From Opitutia bacterium (lineage in GTDB: Bacteria > Verrucomicrobiota > Verrucomicrobiia > Opitutales > Opitutaceae): a stretch of DNA of 64,000 bases. Below, piece after piece: positions 53,779 through 64,000 of the stretch. Position 1 is the stretch's first letter. Every line of letters begins with the position of its first letter. Made by a program: the position numbers and the translations under genes. Under the pieces are notes generated by a model. The model saw only the letters and a list, made by a program, of their open reading frames with translations. It searched no databases and was not told the origin of the DNA. The stretch lies in NCBI GenBank assembly GCA_947478395.1, contig CANJVR010000001.1, positions 224,001 through 288,000 of the forward strand, given 5' to 3'.

Positions 53779-55533
53779 ATGAGCGATCAATCGCAATCAC
53801 CCCAGAATCCCGACGGCCCAACGGACGTCGCCCAAAAATATGACGCCGAACTGGCCAATCCCCCGCCCATCGGCGAAACGGTTCACGTCAGTTCCGCGGA
53901 CCTAAAAGCCGGCGCCTCCGAGCGCGCCAAGCAACGCCCCCTGCTGCAAAAAATCCTCGCGGTGTTCCAGAAAGAGAAAAGCTCCTACCGCGAGCTCATC
54001 ATCAATTCGGAGCCCCTCGAAAAGCGGGTCGCGCTCCTCGTCGATGGACGTCTCGAAAAATTCGACATCGAGCGCGAGTCCGACAACCGGATGGTCGGCG
54101 GCATCTACAAGGGAAAAATCAAGAATCTTGATCCCGGCCTCAAGGCCGCCTTCGTCGACATCGGGTACACGAAGAACGCGTTTCTTCACTACTGGGACAT
54201 GCTCCCGGCGGCGACCGATTCCAACATCGAGGTCGTTCGCGTTAACAAAAAGAAGAACGCCCCGCCGCGTCCGGCCGAGCCCACGGTCAAGGACATCCCG
54301 AGCATGTACCCGCCCGGGAGCGAGATCATCATTCAGGTCACCAAGGGCCCCATCGGCACGAAGGGACCGCGCACGACCACCAATCTTTCGATCCCTGGCC
54401 GTTACCTGATCCTTACGCCGTTCTCCGATGGCTGCGGTATTTCCCGCAAAATCGAAGCTCCACTCGAGCGCAAACGGCTGAAGACGCTGATCAACGAGCT
54501 CACGCTACCTGAAGGCGTGGGCGTGATTGTGCGCACGGCCGGCGAAGGGAAAAAATCCCGCTACTTCGTCCGCGATCTGCACATTCTGTTAAAAACGTGG
54601 GAAGGCATTCAGGCCAAGATGCTCAGCGACAAGGCGCCGGCCTGCCTGTATCAGGAACCCGACGTCGTCGAGCGCACCGTACGCGATTTCCTCACCGAGG
54701 AAGTCGACCGCGTCCTCATCGACAGCAAGGAAGACCACGAGCGCACCCAGCAACTCGTCGGCCTGATTTCGAAACGCGCCGCCACCAAGATCGCGTTCTA
54801 CAAGGACAGCATTCCGATCTTCGAACGCTTCAACATCGAGCGTCAGATCGAGCAGACAGGCCAGCGCAAGGTCCCGCTCCCGTCCGGCGGTGAAATTATC
54901 ATCGACGAAACCGAGGCCCTGATCGCGGTCGACGTTAACACGGGCTCGCACAAGAACCGCGGCGGCGACGAGAAAAACGTCATCTACGCCGTGAATCTGG
55001 AGGCCGCGACCGAGATCGCCCGCCAGATCAGGCTCCGGAATCTCGGCGGCCTGATCATCATGGACTTCATCGACATGAAAGAGCGGCGCCACCGCAACGC
55101 CGTGTACGAGAAAATGGTCGAGCTCATGTCGACCGACAAAGCCAAGAATCACATCCTGCCCATCTCGCAGCTCGGCATCATGCAGATGACCCGCCAGCGT
55201 CAGCAGGAAAGTCTTTCGGCCAATCTTTACACCGAATGTCCGTACTGCCGCGGTCGCGGTATCGTGAAGAGTGCGACGACGATGTCGGTCGAGTTGCAAC
55301 GCCGCCTCTCGTCGATCGCGCGTCGCCTCCAGATCCGCAACGACGGCAAGGAATATTCCCTGCGCGTGCTGGTGCATCCGAGCATTCTCGAACGACTCCG
55401 CAGCGAAGACGCCGATCTGCTCGTGCGCGCCGAGAAACTGTACGGGGTGAAACTGGCGTTCCGCGCCGACCCGAACTACCATCTCGAGCACTTCAAGATC
55501 ATCAACGCCACGACGGGCGAGGAATACAGATAG
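53779..55533 (+). CDS. Rne/Rng family ribonuclease
   Basis: IYKGKI..AAFVDIG S1 domain, [39 protein letters not shown]. Confidence 0.94.
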   Translation: MSDQSQSPQNPDGPTDVAQKYDAELANPPPIGETVHVSSADLKAGASERAKQRPLLQKILAVFQKEKSSYRELIINSEPLEKRVALLVDGRLEKFDIERESDNRMVGGIYKGKIKNLDPGLKAAFVDIGYTKNAFLHYWDMLPAATDSNIEVVRVNKKKNAPPRPAEPTVKDIPSMYPPGSEIIIQVTKGPIGTKGPRTTTNLSIPGRYLILTPFSDGCGISRKIEAPLERKRLKTLINELTLPEGVGVIVRTAGEGKKSRYFVRDLHILLKTWEGIQAKMLSDKAPACLYQEPDVVERTVRDFLTEEVDRVLIDSKEDHERTQQLVGLISKRAATKIAFYKDSIPIFERFNIERQIEQTGQRKVPLPSGGEIIIDETEALIAVDVNTGSHKNRGGDEKNVIYAVNLEAATEIARQIRLRNLGGLIIMDFIDMKERRHRNAVYEKMVELMSTDKAKNHILPISQLGIMQMTRQRQQESLSANLYTECPYCRGRGIVKSATTMSVELQRRLSSIARRLQIRNDGKEYSLRVLVHPSILERLRSEDADLLVRAEKLYGVKLAFRADPNYHLEHFKIINATTGEEYR

Positions 55534-55562
55534 ACTGCGATCGCCAATTCCTACTTACGATC

Positions 55563-55592
55563 AAGCGGCCCGACACTGGGCCGCTTTTTTTT
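55563..55592 (+). terminator. Rho-independent terminator
   Basis: aagcggccc-gacact-gggccgctt followed by a T run. Confidence 0.88.
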
Positions 55593-55617
55593 CAATCAAT
55601 CCCTGAAAAGTCACAAC

Positions 55618-58290
55618 GTGTCGTTCCGCGATTTCATTCCGGCGTTTGTGAATCGCCCGGGGCGGCGAGGTATTTTGCTAACTGCGGCCCTCGCCGTAAG
55701 CATTATCACTCGGTTGAATGGTGCTGAAAAGAACGACGACAGCGTGGTCTTGCTTCCCGCGGTCGAAGTGAAATCCGACAAGATCGTGCTTATGCCGGAA
55801 TTCGAAGTTGAGGCGGCCCTACTTCCTCAGCCTTGGCGCTATGCCACGATTGAGGGTTTCGAGATCCTCAGCGATCGGAGCGACGCTCGCACAAAGTCAT
55901 TTGCGATCGATTTCGCCGCCTTCCTCCATTTCATCCGGCAAGTCTGTCCAGAGCTGTTACTCCCTGCAGGAACAAAGCTGAGCGTGATTCTCGCGAGCCC
56001 GTCTCGTTACGCAGAGTTAACCCCGCTCTTCCCCTCTCCCCTCGGTTATGCAGAACGTCCATGGGGCGTTCTGGCTCGCTCTCAAGACACTGCTATATTG
56101 GCAGTGCGGTACGCTAGTCCTGATCCTCCGCGCCCGGAGAGAGATTCGGAAGAGCGCGACACGCTCATCCACGCGCAAGCCGCCTATTTCAACGATCCGG
56201 CACTTGTTGTCTATCGTCGCGCGATTCGATCGGGTGCTCCGCCGAACACTCCGTTCACGACTGCGGTTGGACAGAGCCGCCCTTTCCTCGCGTCCGGACA
56301 ACCCTTCTTAAAAACCGGCGTAGTCGCCGTCCTCGCTGGAATGTCCAGCGCCGTCGACGGAGAATTCACTTTTCACGATCAAATGAATCGGTGGGCGCAT
56401 TATTTCCCCGGCGCTCCTGGGTGGCAGAGATCCCTTCCTGTCTCGACCCTGCCTCCGATCGAAAATCTTTTCTCAACTGACATCGATTCTCCGGCTTGGT
56501 CAAGTCCTCTGCATCGGCTGTTACGAGACGCTTTCTGTCATTGGCATTTGCTGGCCGAAGGCCCGCAGCATGCCCGCGCATTTATCGATTTTCTAGCTCG
56601 GGCGGGTCCGGGACCGATCTCACCCGAACAGTTTTATCAGACATTCGGCCGTGACCTTCCGGTTATGAAAACCGTGCTGCTGAGCTACGCCAACCCACTG
56701 ACGAGTAATTTGGTCCGTGGTCTCCCATCGTCTAATTTCTGGAATCGCTTGCCGGTGAAATTGGCTGAAGACGTCAAAAAAACCTACACCTCGCGCCCGG
56801 CCACGCCGGAGGAGAGCGCGCGCATCCGGGCGGACTATCTGCGCCTAGTCGGCAAATCTGACGAGGCTCAACGCGCGCTTACACCTCGTTTCCGTCGGAA
56901 ACAGCTCAACGATCACATCTGGATAACGACCGGCTTGATGATGATGGAGCGCCGCAATGCCGTCGAAGCGAAGCGCAGCTTCGAAGCGGCCATCGCGCTG
57001 GGCACGAGCCGTCCTCTTCCCTACGTCGAACTGGCGGATCTTGAACTAAAGATTGCGCGGCTTCGGTTCGGCGACCGTTTGCTTACTCCGACGGAGGCGA
57101 GCCCCATTATCGCTTTGCTGCAGGAAGCTGCCGCTCGTCCTCCGGTCCTCCGTGAAACCGCTGCTCTGCTTGGTGAAGTACTTTTTCGCACTCAAAGCCC
57201 GACGCCGGAGTCGTGGGCCGATTTATTGGAAACCTCCGCGAAATGCTGGCCGTATGATACATCGCTTCTCTTGCGCTCCGCGTCACGGCTAGCGGAAAGC
57301 GGACACACATTGGGGTCGAAACGATTATTCGCCGCGGCCCGAGCCGGGACGCTCGACCCACTCGTTCTCGCGCAGATTGGTGAGGCCGAAATACAAATCG
57401 ATCATCCACGCACGAGGCCAGCAACGAACGTGGACCCGGCCTCGCCGCCGACCGCCGCGCAGGGCGATGCCACGCGATTGCCTGAAGGTGACGAGCGCAA
57501 CTTCACCATCCCGAAGCTTAGTCTGGAGATGGTCCATGTGCCGCCAGGGAAATTCCTAATGGGAAGCTCGCCGGACAATCCCTATTTCGTTCCCGACCAG
57601 TCGCCGATCACCGCGGTGGTCCTTCGCCACGGTTTTTGGATCGGTAAATACGAAATCACCCAGCGCCAATGGCACGACGTCATGGGCACAACCGTGGACG
57701 ATCAGCGCGAGTTGGAATGCTTCGATCTCCCTCCAAATGGAAGAGGTGCAACGTTTCCCATGTATAATGTCTCTTGGAATGAGGCCGTGGAATTTTGTCG
57801 TCGCCTTACACTCCAGGAGCGCGCCGGGAATAGAATTTCTCCAAAACAAGAGTACCGCCTGCCGACCGAAGCCCAGTGGGAATATGCCTGTCGCGCCGGA
57901 TCACCCAAATCGCTCCCTGACAAACCGAACGAGGTCGGATGGCTCCCCGTGTCGCTTCCATCGCGATGGCCGGTTCCCTTCAACACGGCTCTCTACGTTG
58001 CAGACACTCACCCGGTCGGAAGCAAAAAACCCAATGCTTGGGGCTTGCACGATATGTACGGCAACGTTTCTGAATGGTGCCGGGACTGGTACGCACCCTC
58101 GCTTCAAGGCGGTGCCGTTATTGATCCCACCGGTCCTTCGGACGGAGTCTTTCGCGTTGTCCGGGGCGGCAGTTCGTGGGGCGTCGAAACGGGCATTCCG
58201 ATTATCGGTGCCGCGGTACGCAGCAAAGATCTTCCCACGGCACGATTTGCCCGGGGTTTCCGCTTGGTGCTCGAAACAGTAAGCGAATAA
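55618..58290 (+). CDS. Large secreted protein with C-terminal FGE-sulfatase domain
   Basis: C-terminal FLMGS, YEITQ, LPTEAQWEYACRAG, PNAWGLHDMYGNVSEW, RGGS..GFRLV; N-terminal ~620 aa unassigned. Confidence 0.82.
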   Translation: MSFRDFIPAFVNRPGRRGILLTAALAVSIITRLNGAEKNDDSVVLLPAVEVKSDKIVLMPEFEVEAALLPQPWRYATIEGFEILSDRSDARTKSFAIDFAAFLHFIRQVCPELLLPAGTKLSVILASPSRYAELTPLFPSPLGYAERPWGVLARSQDTAILAVRYASPDPPRPERDSEERDTLIHAQAAYFNDPALVVYRRAIRSGAPPNTPFTTAVGQSRPFLASGQPFLKTGVVAVLAGMSSAVDGEFTFHDQMNRWAHYFPGAPGWQRSLPVSTLPPIENLFSTDIDSPAWSSPLHRLLRDAFCHWHLLAEGPQHARAFIDFLARAGPGPISPEQFYQTFGRDLPVMKTVLLSYANPLTSNLVRGLPSSNFWNRLPVKLAEDVKKTYTSRPATPEESARIRADYLRLVGKSDEAQRALTPRFRRKQLNDHIWITTGLMMMERRNAVEAKRSFEAAIALGTSRPLPYVELADLELKIARLRFGDRLLTPTEASPIIALLQEAAARPPVLRETAALLGEVLFRTQSPTPESWADLLETSAKCWPYDTSLLLRSASRLAESGHTLGSKRLFAAARAGTLDPLVLAQIGEAEIQIDHPRTRPATNVDPASPPTAAQGDATRLPEGDERNFTIPKLSLEMVHVPPGKFLMGSSPDNPYFVPDQSPITAVVLRHGFWIGKYEITQRQWHDVMGTTVDDQRELECFDLPPNGRGATFPMYNVSWNEAVEFCRRLTLQERAGNRISPKQEYRLPTEAQWEYACRAGSPKSLPDKPNEVGWLPVSLPSRWPVPFNTALYVADTHPVGSKKPNAWGLHDMYGNVSEWCRDWYAPSLQGGAVIDPTGPSDGVFRVVRGGSSWGVETGIPIIGAAVRSKDLPTARFARGFRLVLETVSE

Positions 58291-58678
58291 TTTTCCTCGC
58301 CGGGTGTGGCCCGATTTCCTGCTTGGCGGAAATCAGACCGGCAGTTTGAAAATCCGCCCGAGCTGGCGTCGGGCAACGGCCGATCGGAACCTTCATGCGC
58401 TCCATTCTCATTCTCCTCCACAAAAACTGCACGAACTTGTTCCTCAACTAGGCCGCCGTGTCGCTCATGTTCATCATTCCGTTCGCGATGATTTATCTGT
58501 TCGGCCAAATCTTCGCGTGAATCGCAAGGACTCCGGCCCCAACGGCATTCCGCTCGCCGTGATCAACGCCAGCACCAACCCCGCCGGCCGTCGTCAGCGG
58601 CGGCACTCCTTCTGACCGTAGCGAGGTAGTGATCGAATTTTACCTCAATCGATAGGCGGGGCCGGTTTTAGAACTGCT

Positions 58679-59686
58679 CTACGGTTCGAGGCTCGAGATG
58701 TAAGCGCTGAGCGCGAGCATGTCGTCGTTGGTCAGGTTTGCCACGACGATTTTCATCAAGGCCGTGGACGCTCCGGTGCGCGTGCCATTCTGCACATCGT
58801 AAAGCTGCCGCATCAAATAACTCGGCGAACGACCGGCCAGCCGCGGGACGTCACCCAGTCCTTTCAACGCCGGCCCATGGCAAATCGTGCATTGCTGCGT
58901 TTTGCCACCACCCGTCGCCACCAGTTCGGCGCCACGCTTGAGGCTGCCCACCGGCACATAAACTTCATATGGCGTCCGCGAATCGCGTAGTTCGAACCGA
59001 TCCAATTCGACGGGCACTTCGATGATGCGATTGCCGATTGGTTCCATGCCACCGCCCGGCGCTTTTGCGAGAATGGAACCGGCCACGAACGTTTTCGGGA
59101 CCATTTCCGCCTCGACGACTTTCATGAATGTCTGCGGTTTCAGCGCGGCGAAATATTCCGCCGCTGCTTCGGCCTCGTCCTCGGTCGCCGCCTTACCGAT
59201 GAGGATCATATTATTCTGCGGCCCGCGTTTGGGCTCGGCGCCCGGCCGATCGCCGTTCTTGAACGCGAGAACTTGCTGTTTGATGTACGCCACGGGCAGA
59301 CCGGCAATGCTGGCGTTTTCAGGCCGGCCCGCGCCCGTGGGCAAATGACAAAACGCACACGCCCACACCGCCGGCTCGCGGCCCTGGTTCACGATGGCGG
59401 GCATCGCGGGATGCTCCTCCGGATGCCAGTCGGGCACCGCCGGGCCATGGGCTTTGAGTTGCTGATTAGTGAGCGAGACCGACGCGTTGGGTACATGCTT
59501 CGGAGTTTCATCAACGGGCGCCGCTGGGGAGCGAGCCGGCGGAGGCGTGCCGGGAGCGGCCGGCGCCCGAGGTGGATTCGGCGGCGCGACCGGGAACGCC
59601 CAAGTCGGCAGTTCAGCCGCCGTGAGAGCAACCGACAACGTGGCAAAGGCGACAAACGCCGCGGGGACGACTGCGAATATTCTCAT
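58679..59686 (-). CDS. Diheme cytochrome c (c4/c553-like)
   Basis: Signal peptide, CAFCH and CTICH heme motifs, PRLAGRSPSYL. Confidence 0.9.
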   Translation of the reverse strand: MRIFAVVPAAFVAFATLSVALTAAELPTWAFPVAPPNPPRAPAAPGTPPPARSPAAPVDETPKHVPNASVSLTNQQLKAHGPAVPDWHPEEHPAMPAIVNQGREPAVWACAFCHLPTGAGRPENASIAGLPVAYIKQQVLAFKNGDRPGAEPKRGPQNNMILIGKAATEDEAEAAAEYFAALKPQTFMKVVEAEMVPKTFVAGSILAKAPGGGMEPIGNRIIEVPVELDRFELRDSRTPYEVYVPVGSLKRGAELVATGGGKTQQCTICHGPALKGLGDVPRLAGRSPSYLMRQLYDVQNGTRTGASTALMKIVVANLTNDDMLALSAYISSLEP

Positions 59687-59967
59687 GGGTAAATAGTTCA
59701 GGGAAACGGTTTGCGCCGGGTTTGGCCACGGCGACATCGGGGTAAAGTGAGCGGGAGAAAATCCCGGTGCATCAGAAAGTGTCCACGCAAAAAAGCCGCT
59801 CCACAACCGCCTCCGCGCGCACCGCGGCCGCGATTCACAAACTGCCCTCGACTCCAGTCCGTGTCTCGCCTCCCGGCACGCGGTCTGAAGCATCGCACGA
59901 CTCTCCCGTCGCCAGCTGTTTCCCGTCTCGCACCCGAAAGAAAATTCTCTCTAGCTCGTGATCCGCC

Positions 59968-61296
<1,329 letters not shown>

Positions 61297-61389
61297 GGTC
61301 CATCGAAAGCGCCGTCGTCTGCAAGGCGCCGACGAAATTTCGGCAGGAGGTCTGCGCTCACCAAGTCGATCGCCCCGCTCCAAACGACC

Positions 61390-61803
61390 ATGAAGTCCTC
61401 CCTGTTCGTCCTCGCGGCCCTCGCGTTGCTTGGCGGCTGCTCCTCGCTTTCCGCCCGCAAAGTCGTCGACCTGAAGCGCTACAAACACGTCTACGTTGAA
61501 CATCGGCTCGCAGACAATCACCGCATCGATGAACAGATTGTCGCAGAGCTAAAATCGTTGGGCTGCGACGCGTCGTGCGGTGTACTCACCATGAAGCCCG
61601 ACAATGCCGAGGCGATCGTTAGCTACGACGATCGGTGGGCGTGGGATTTCAAAAACTACATCATCGAATTTAGACTTTTTGTCCGCGATGCGCGCGCCGA
61701 CAAGCCCGTCGCCGAGGGTTATTATCACCAAGCCGGGCTGACGACCAAATCATCCGAGCAGGTCGTCCATCACGTGCTGACCGAGTTGCTCAACCCAAGC
61801 TGA
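61390..61803 (+). CDS. Hypothetical lipoprotein
   Basis: LLGGC lipobox; YDDRWAWDF motif. Confidence 0.78.
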   Translation: MKSSLFVLAALALLGGCSSLSARKVVDLKRYKHVYVEHRLADNHRIDEQIVAELKSLGCDASCGVLTMKPDNAEAIVSYDDRWAWDFKNYIIEFRLFVRDARADKPVAEGYYHQAGLTTKSSEQVVHHVLTELLNPS

Positions 61804-61874
61804 TCCGGCGGCCCGTTTACGGTCATTCCCGTCCGCGGCGCACCTCCACTTTCACCCGTCCGTATTTTCTCATC

Positions 61875-63110
61875 ATGCGTCTGACCTTTAGTCTGCTCTT
61901 CGCGCTTTTTCCGGTCGCCGTTCAAGCGGCAGTCGTCGGAATGAATCCGCCCGCACCGCCGCTCACGATCGAGCGGATCGCCACGTTGCCGGCCGAACAA
62001 CAGCCGGCGTGGCGCGATTACCTCGTCCGTTCCGAGCGGTCCCTCGCGACCGACGCCCGTTTCTACGCCGAGGAAATAAAATCGGCGGGTCTCAAAGAAC
62101 CGCTCGTTCCGCCCCACGGCGGCGGCCTGAAAATTGATCACAACGCCCCATGGTACGGCACAGAGGAGGCGCGCCGCGTCGCGGAAAACCTGGTCTCGTT
62201 TCAAACTCCCGCTGGCGGTTGGAATAAAAACACCGACATGACCGTTGGACCGCGCCGTACCGGAGAGCGGTCCGGGTACGAAGCCGGCTACATCGGCACC
62301 TTCGACAACGACGCCACGATCACGCCGCTGCGGTTTCTCGCCCACACCATCACGGCCAGCCGTTCACCGGCAACCAACTCCACCATTCGCGCCGCGTTTC
62401 TGCACGGGCTCGACTATGTTTTTGCCGCGCAGTTTCCCAACGGGGGATGGCCCCAAGTCTGGCCGCTGGAAGGCGGTTACCATGACATGGTGACCTTCAA
62501 CGATGGAGCGATGGTCAACATCCTAACGCTGTTGCAAGACATCGCCGCCGGCCGCGACGAATTCTCGTTCGTGCCCAAGGAACTTCGTGCTCGCGCCGCC
62601 GCCAGTTTTGCGCGCGGACTCGACTGCATTCTCGCCACCCAGATCGTCACGGCCGGACGTCGCACCGTGTGGTGCCAGCAACACGACCCGCTGACCCTTG
62701 CGCCCACCTCGGCGCGCAACTACGAGATGCCCGCTCAGGCCGCGGGTGAAAGCGCGGGCATCGCGCTTTTTCTCATGACGCTTCCCACCCCCGATGGTGC
62801 GGTTGTCACGGCGGTCAAATCCGCGGCGAGCTGGTTCGAAAAAACCGTGCTCCATGACGTGCAGTTCAAGCCGACCGGCGATGGCACCGGCCGTCACCTC
62901 AACCCGGTGCCCGGTGCCACGCCGCTGTGGCCGCGTTACAGCGAAATTGGCAGCGACCGTCCGCTCTTTGGCGACCGCGACAAAACCATTCACGACTCCG
63001 TGGAGGAGATTTCAAAGGAACGCCGCGATGGCTACGCTTGGTACGGCGATACCCCCAAACGCGCCCTCGAGCACTTCGCGGCGTGGCGCAAAATGCACGG
63101 CGCGAACTAG
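61875..63110 (+). CDS. pelA: Pectate lyase, PL10 (PelA-type)
   Basis: GGWNKN, TFDNDAT, Q.PNGGWPQ, TFNDGAM, WCQQHD, ARNYE, ERRDGYAWY. Confidence 0.92.
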   Translation: MRLTFSLLFALFPVAVQAAVVGMNPPAPPLTIERIATLPAEQQPAWRDYLVRSERSLATDARFYAEEIKSAGLKEPLVPPHGGGLKIDHNAPWYGTEEARRVAENLVSFQTPAGGWNKNTDMTVGPRRTGERSGYEAGYIGTFDNDATITPLRFLAHTITASRSPATNSTIRAAFLHGLDYVFAAQFPNGGWPQVWPLEGGYHDMVTFNDGAMVNILTLLQDIAAGRDEFSFVPKELRARAAASFARGLDCILATQIVTAGRRTVWCQQHDPLTLAPTSARNYEMPAQAAGESAGIALFLMTLPTPDGAVVTAVKSAASWFEKTVLHDVQFKPTGDGTGRHLNPVPGATPLWPRYSEIGSDRPLFGDRDKTIHDSVEEISKERRDGYAWYGDTPKRALEHFAAWRKMHGAN

Positions 63111-63248
63111 AGCGGTTTGAATTTTTCCGCGGCCGTGTAGCGTAGCGGTAGGCGTCTCTGCCTGCCGGTTTCGGCGTCATCGTTTCGGCAGGCAGGGACG
63201 CCTGCCGCTACGTCGCCAACGGTTAGGCTTTCGGTTAAACCGCTCGAG
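63107..63248. mobile_element. 142-bp MITE-like element with 70-bp REP doublet core (63142-63211)
   Basis: Terminal inverted repeats ctagagcggttt / aaaccgctcgag (11/12). Confidence 0.65.
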
Positions 63249-63459
63249 TTTTCTCCAGAGGCACCGTGGCGCGGCGTGACGTTGGTGCCGTTTCAACTCA
63301 CGGCACCAGCATGAGCCCGACAGGGATCTGGTCGCTGCGTCGTTTATTGTAATCGAGGAGGCTTTCTCCCCAGCCGTTGAAATACTGCAGCTGGAGGCGC
63401 CCGCCCGAGCCTCTGAGCAAATCCTCAAACGCCCACGAAGCGTTCAACTCCATGCTGCC

Positions 63460-63774
63460 TTAACCCGAGCCCGCGCCTTTGCGCAGGTAGGCGGTGAACT
63501 TAAAATCGTCGCTAGGCTCGGCGCTGATCAGCCATTCGACGTAACCACGATAGCGGGACAGATCGGGATTTTCATCCTTGTTGAGATAAGCGATCGCGCG
63601 GGGAGCGACCGAGAACTCCCAGTTGCGCCACTTGAGCCACGACGCGATGGGCTGCACGTAAATCGAATTAAAGCGACGCGAGGTCTTGACGGACTGCCCG
63701 TTGGATTCGTGCTGGGCGCCGGCTTGCAAGCCCAGCCGATCGATCCACGCCGGCTACAAGCCGGGCCAGTTCAT
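63460..63774 (-). pseudogene. Hypothetical gene with in-frame TAG at codon 7
   Basis: ATG 63774 overlaps the crcB stop (ATGA) and is in frame with ORF 63460..63729; TAG at 63754-63756. Confidence 0.4.
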
Positions 63775-64000
63775 GAGCTGACCGCGCTGCGGGCGTTGCA
63801 GGCGGCGCCCGCGAGATGACCGAGCCACACGGCGACGAGGCAGAGACCGACTGAACCGGCCACATTGCCGCCAGCGCGCAGCCACGCGCCCGCGCGCGCC
63901 AGTTCCAAAGTCTGCAAGCTAAACGAAGAAAACGTGGTGAACCCACCGAGCACCCCGGTCATGAAAAAATGCCGACCCGTGGCGGCCACCGGCGCCCGGC
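63771..64000 (-). CDS. crcB: Fluoride channel CrcB/Fluc, C-terminal part
   Basis: [17 protein letters not shown] signature. Confidence 0.92.
   Translation of the reverse strand, partial: RAPVAATGRHFFMTGVLGGFTTFSSFSLQTLELARAGAWLRAGGNVAGSVGLCLVAVWLGHLAGAACNARSAVSS

Noticed and set aside
15966..58290. Diversity-generating retroelement targeting the FGE-sulfatase domains
   Set aside because: No reverse transcriptase and no template repeat matching either 3' end was seen in the window.

Overview
GC-rich bacterial chromosomal segment. Gene content (DUF1501/PSD1 module, FGE-sulfatase paralogues, characteristic palindromic repeats) points to Verrucomicrobiota, probably Opitutaceae (inference). Bases ~609-8860 are an integron-type cassette array on the minus strand: 16 homogeneous attC sites (15 of 60-62 bp, one shortened to 41 bp), one terminal attC remnant, 17 cassettes and an attI-like entry site at ~8836-8875. 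No integron integrase lies next to it or anywhere in the window. Cargo includes three toxin-antitoxin pairs, two HEPN-like proteins, a GNAT, PhnA/YjdM, DUF2306 and small membrane proteins. The attC sites show an A/B loop alternation, polarised stem drift and distal decay, and five membrane-protein ORFs read through their attC. The rest of the window holds a DUF1501-PSD1-WD40/cytochrome c operon, plant-polysaccharide enzymes (GH106, CE15, SASA/CE6, two CE12, PL10, XylA, an esterase fused to an MhpD-like domain, an ARA1-like kinase with a nucleotidyltransferase) and housekeeping genes (xerD, infA, tadA, sod, rfaE1, gmhB, mutM, tlyA, htpG, queF, rny, rodA, rne/rng, crcB). Several REP/MITE-like repeat families occur, one inserted in frame in a signal peptide. 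No rRNA, tRNA or CRISPR array was recognised. All product calls come from motif recognition, not database searches.
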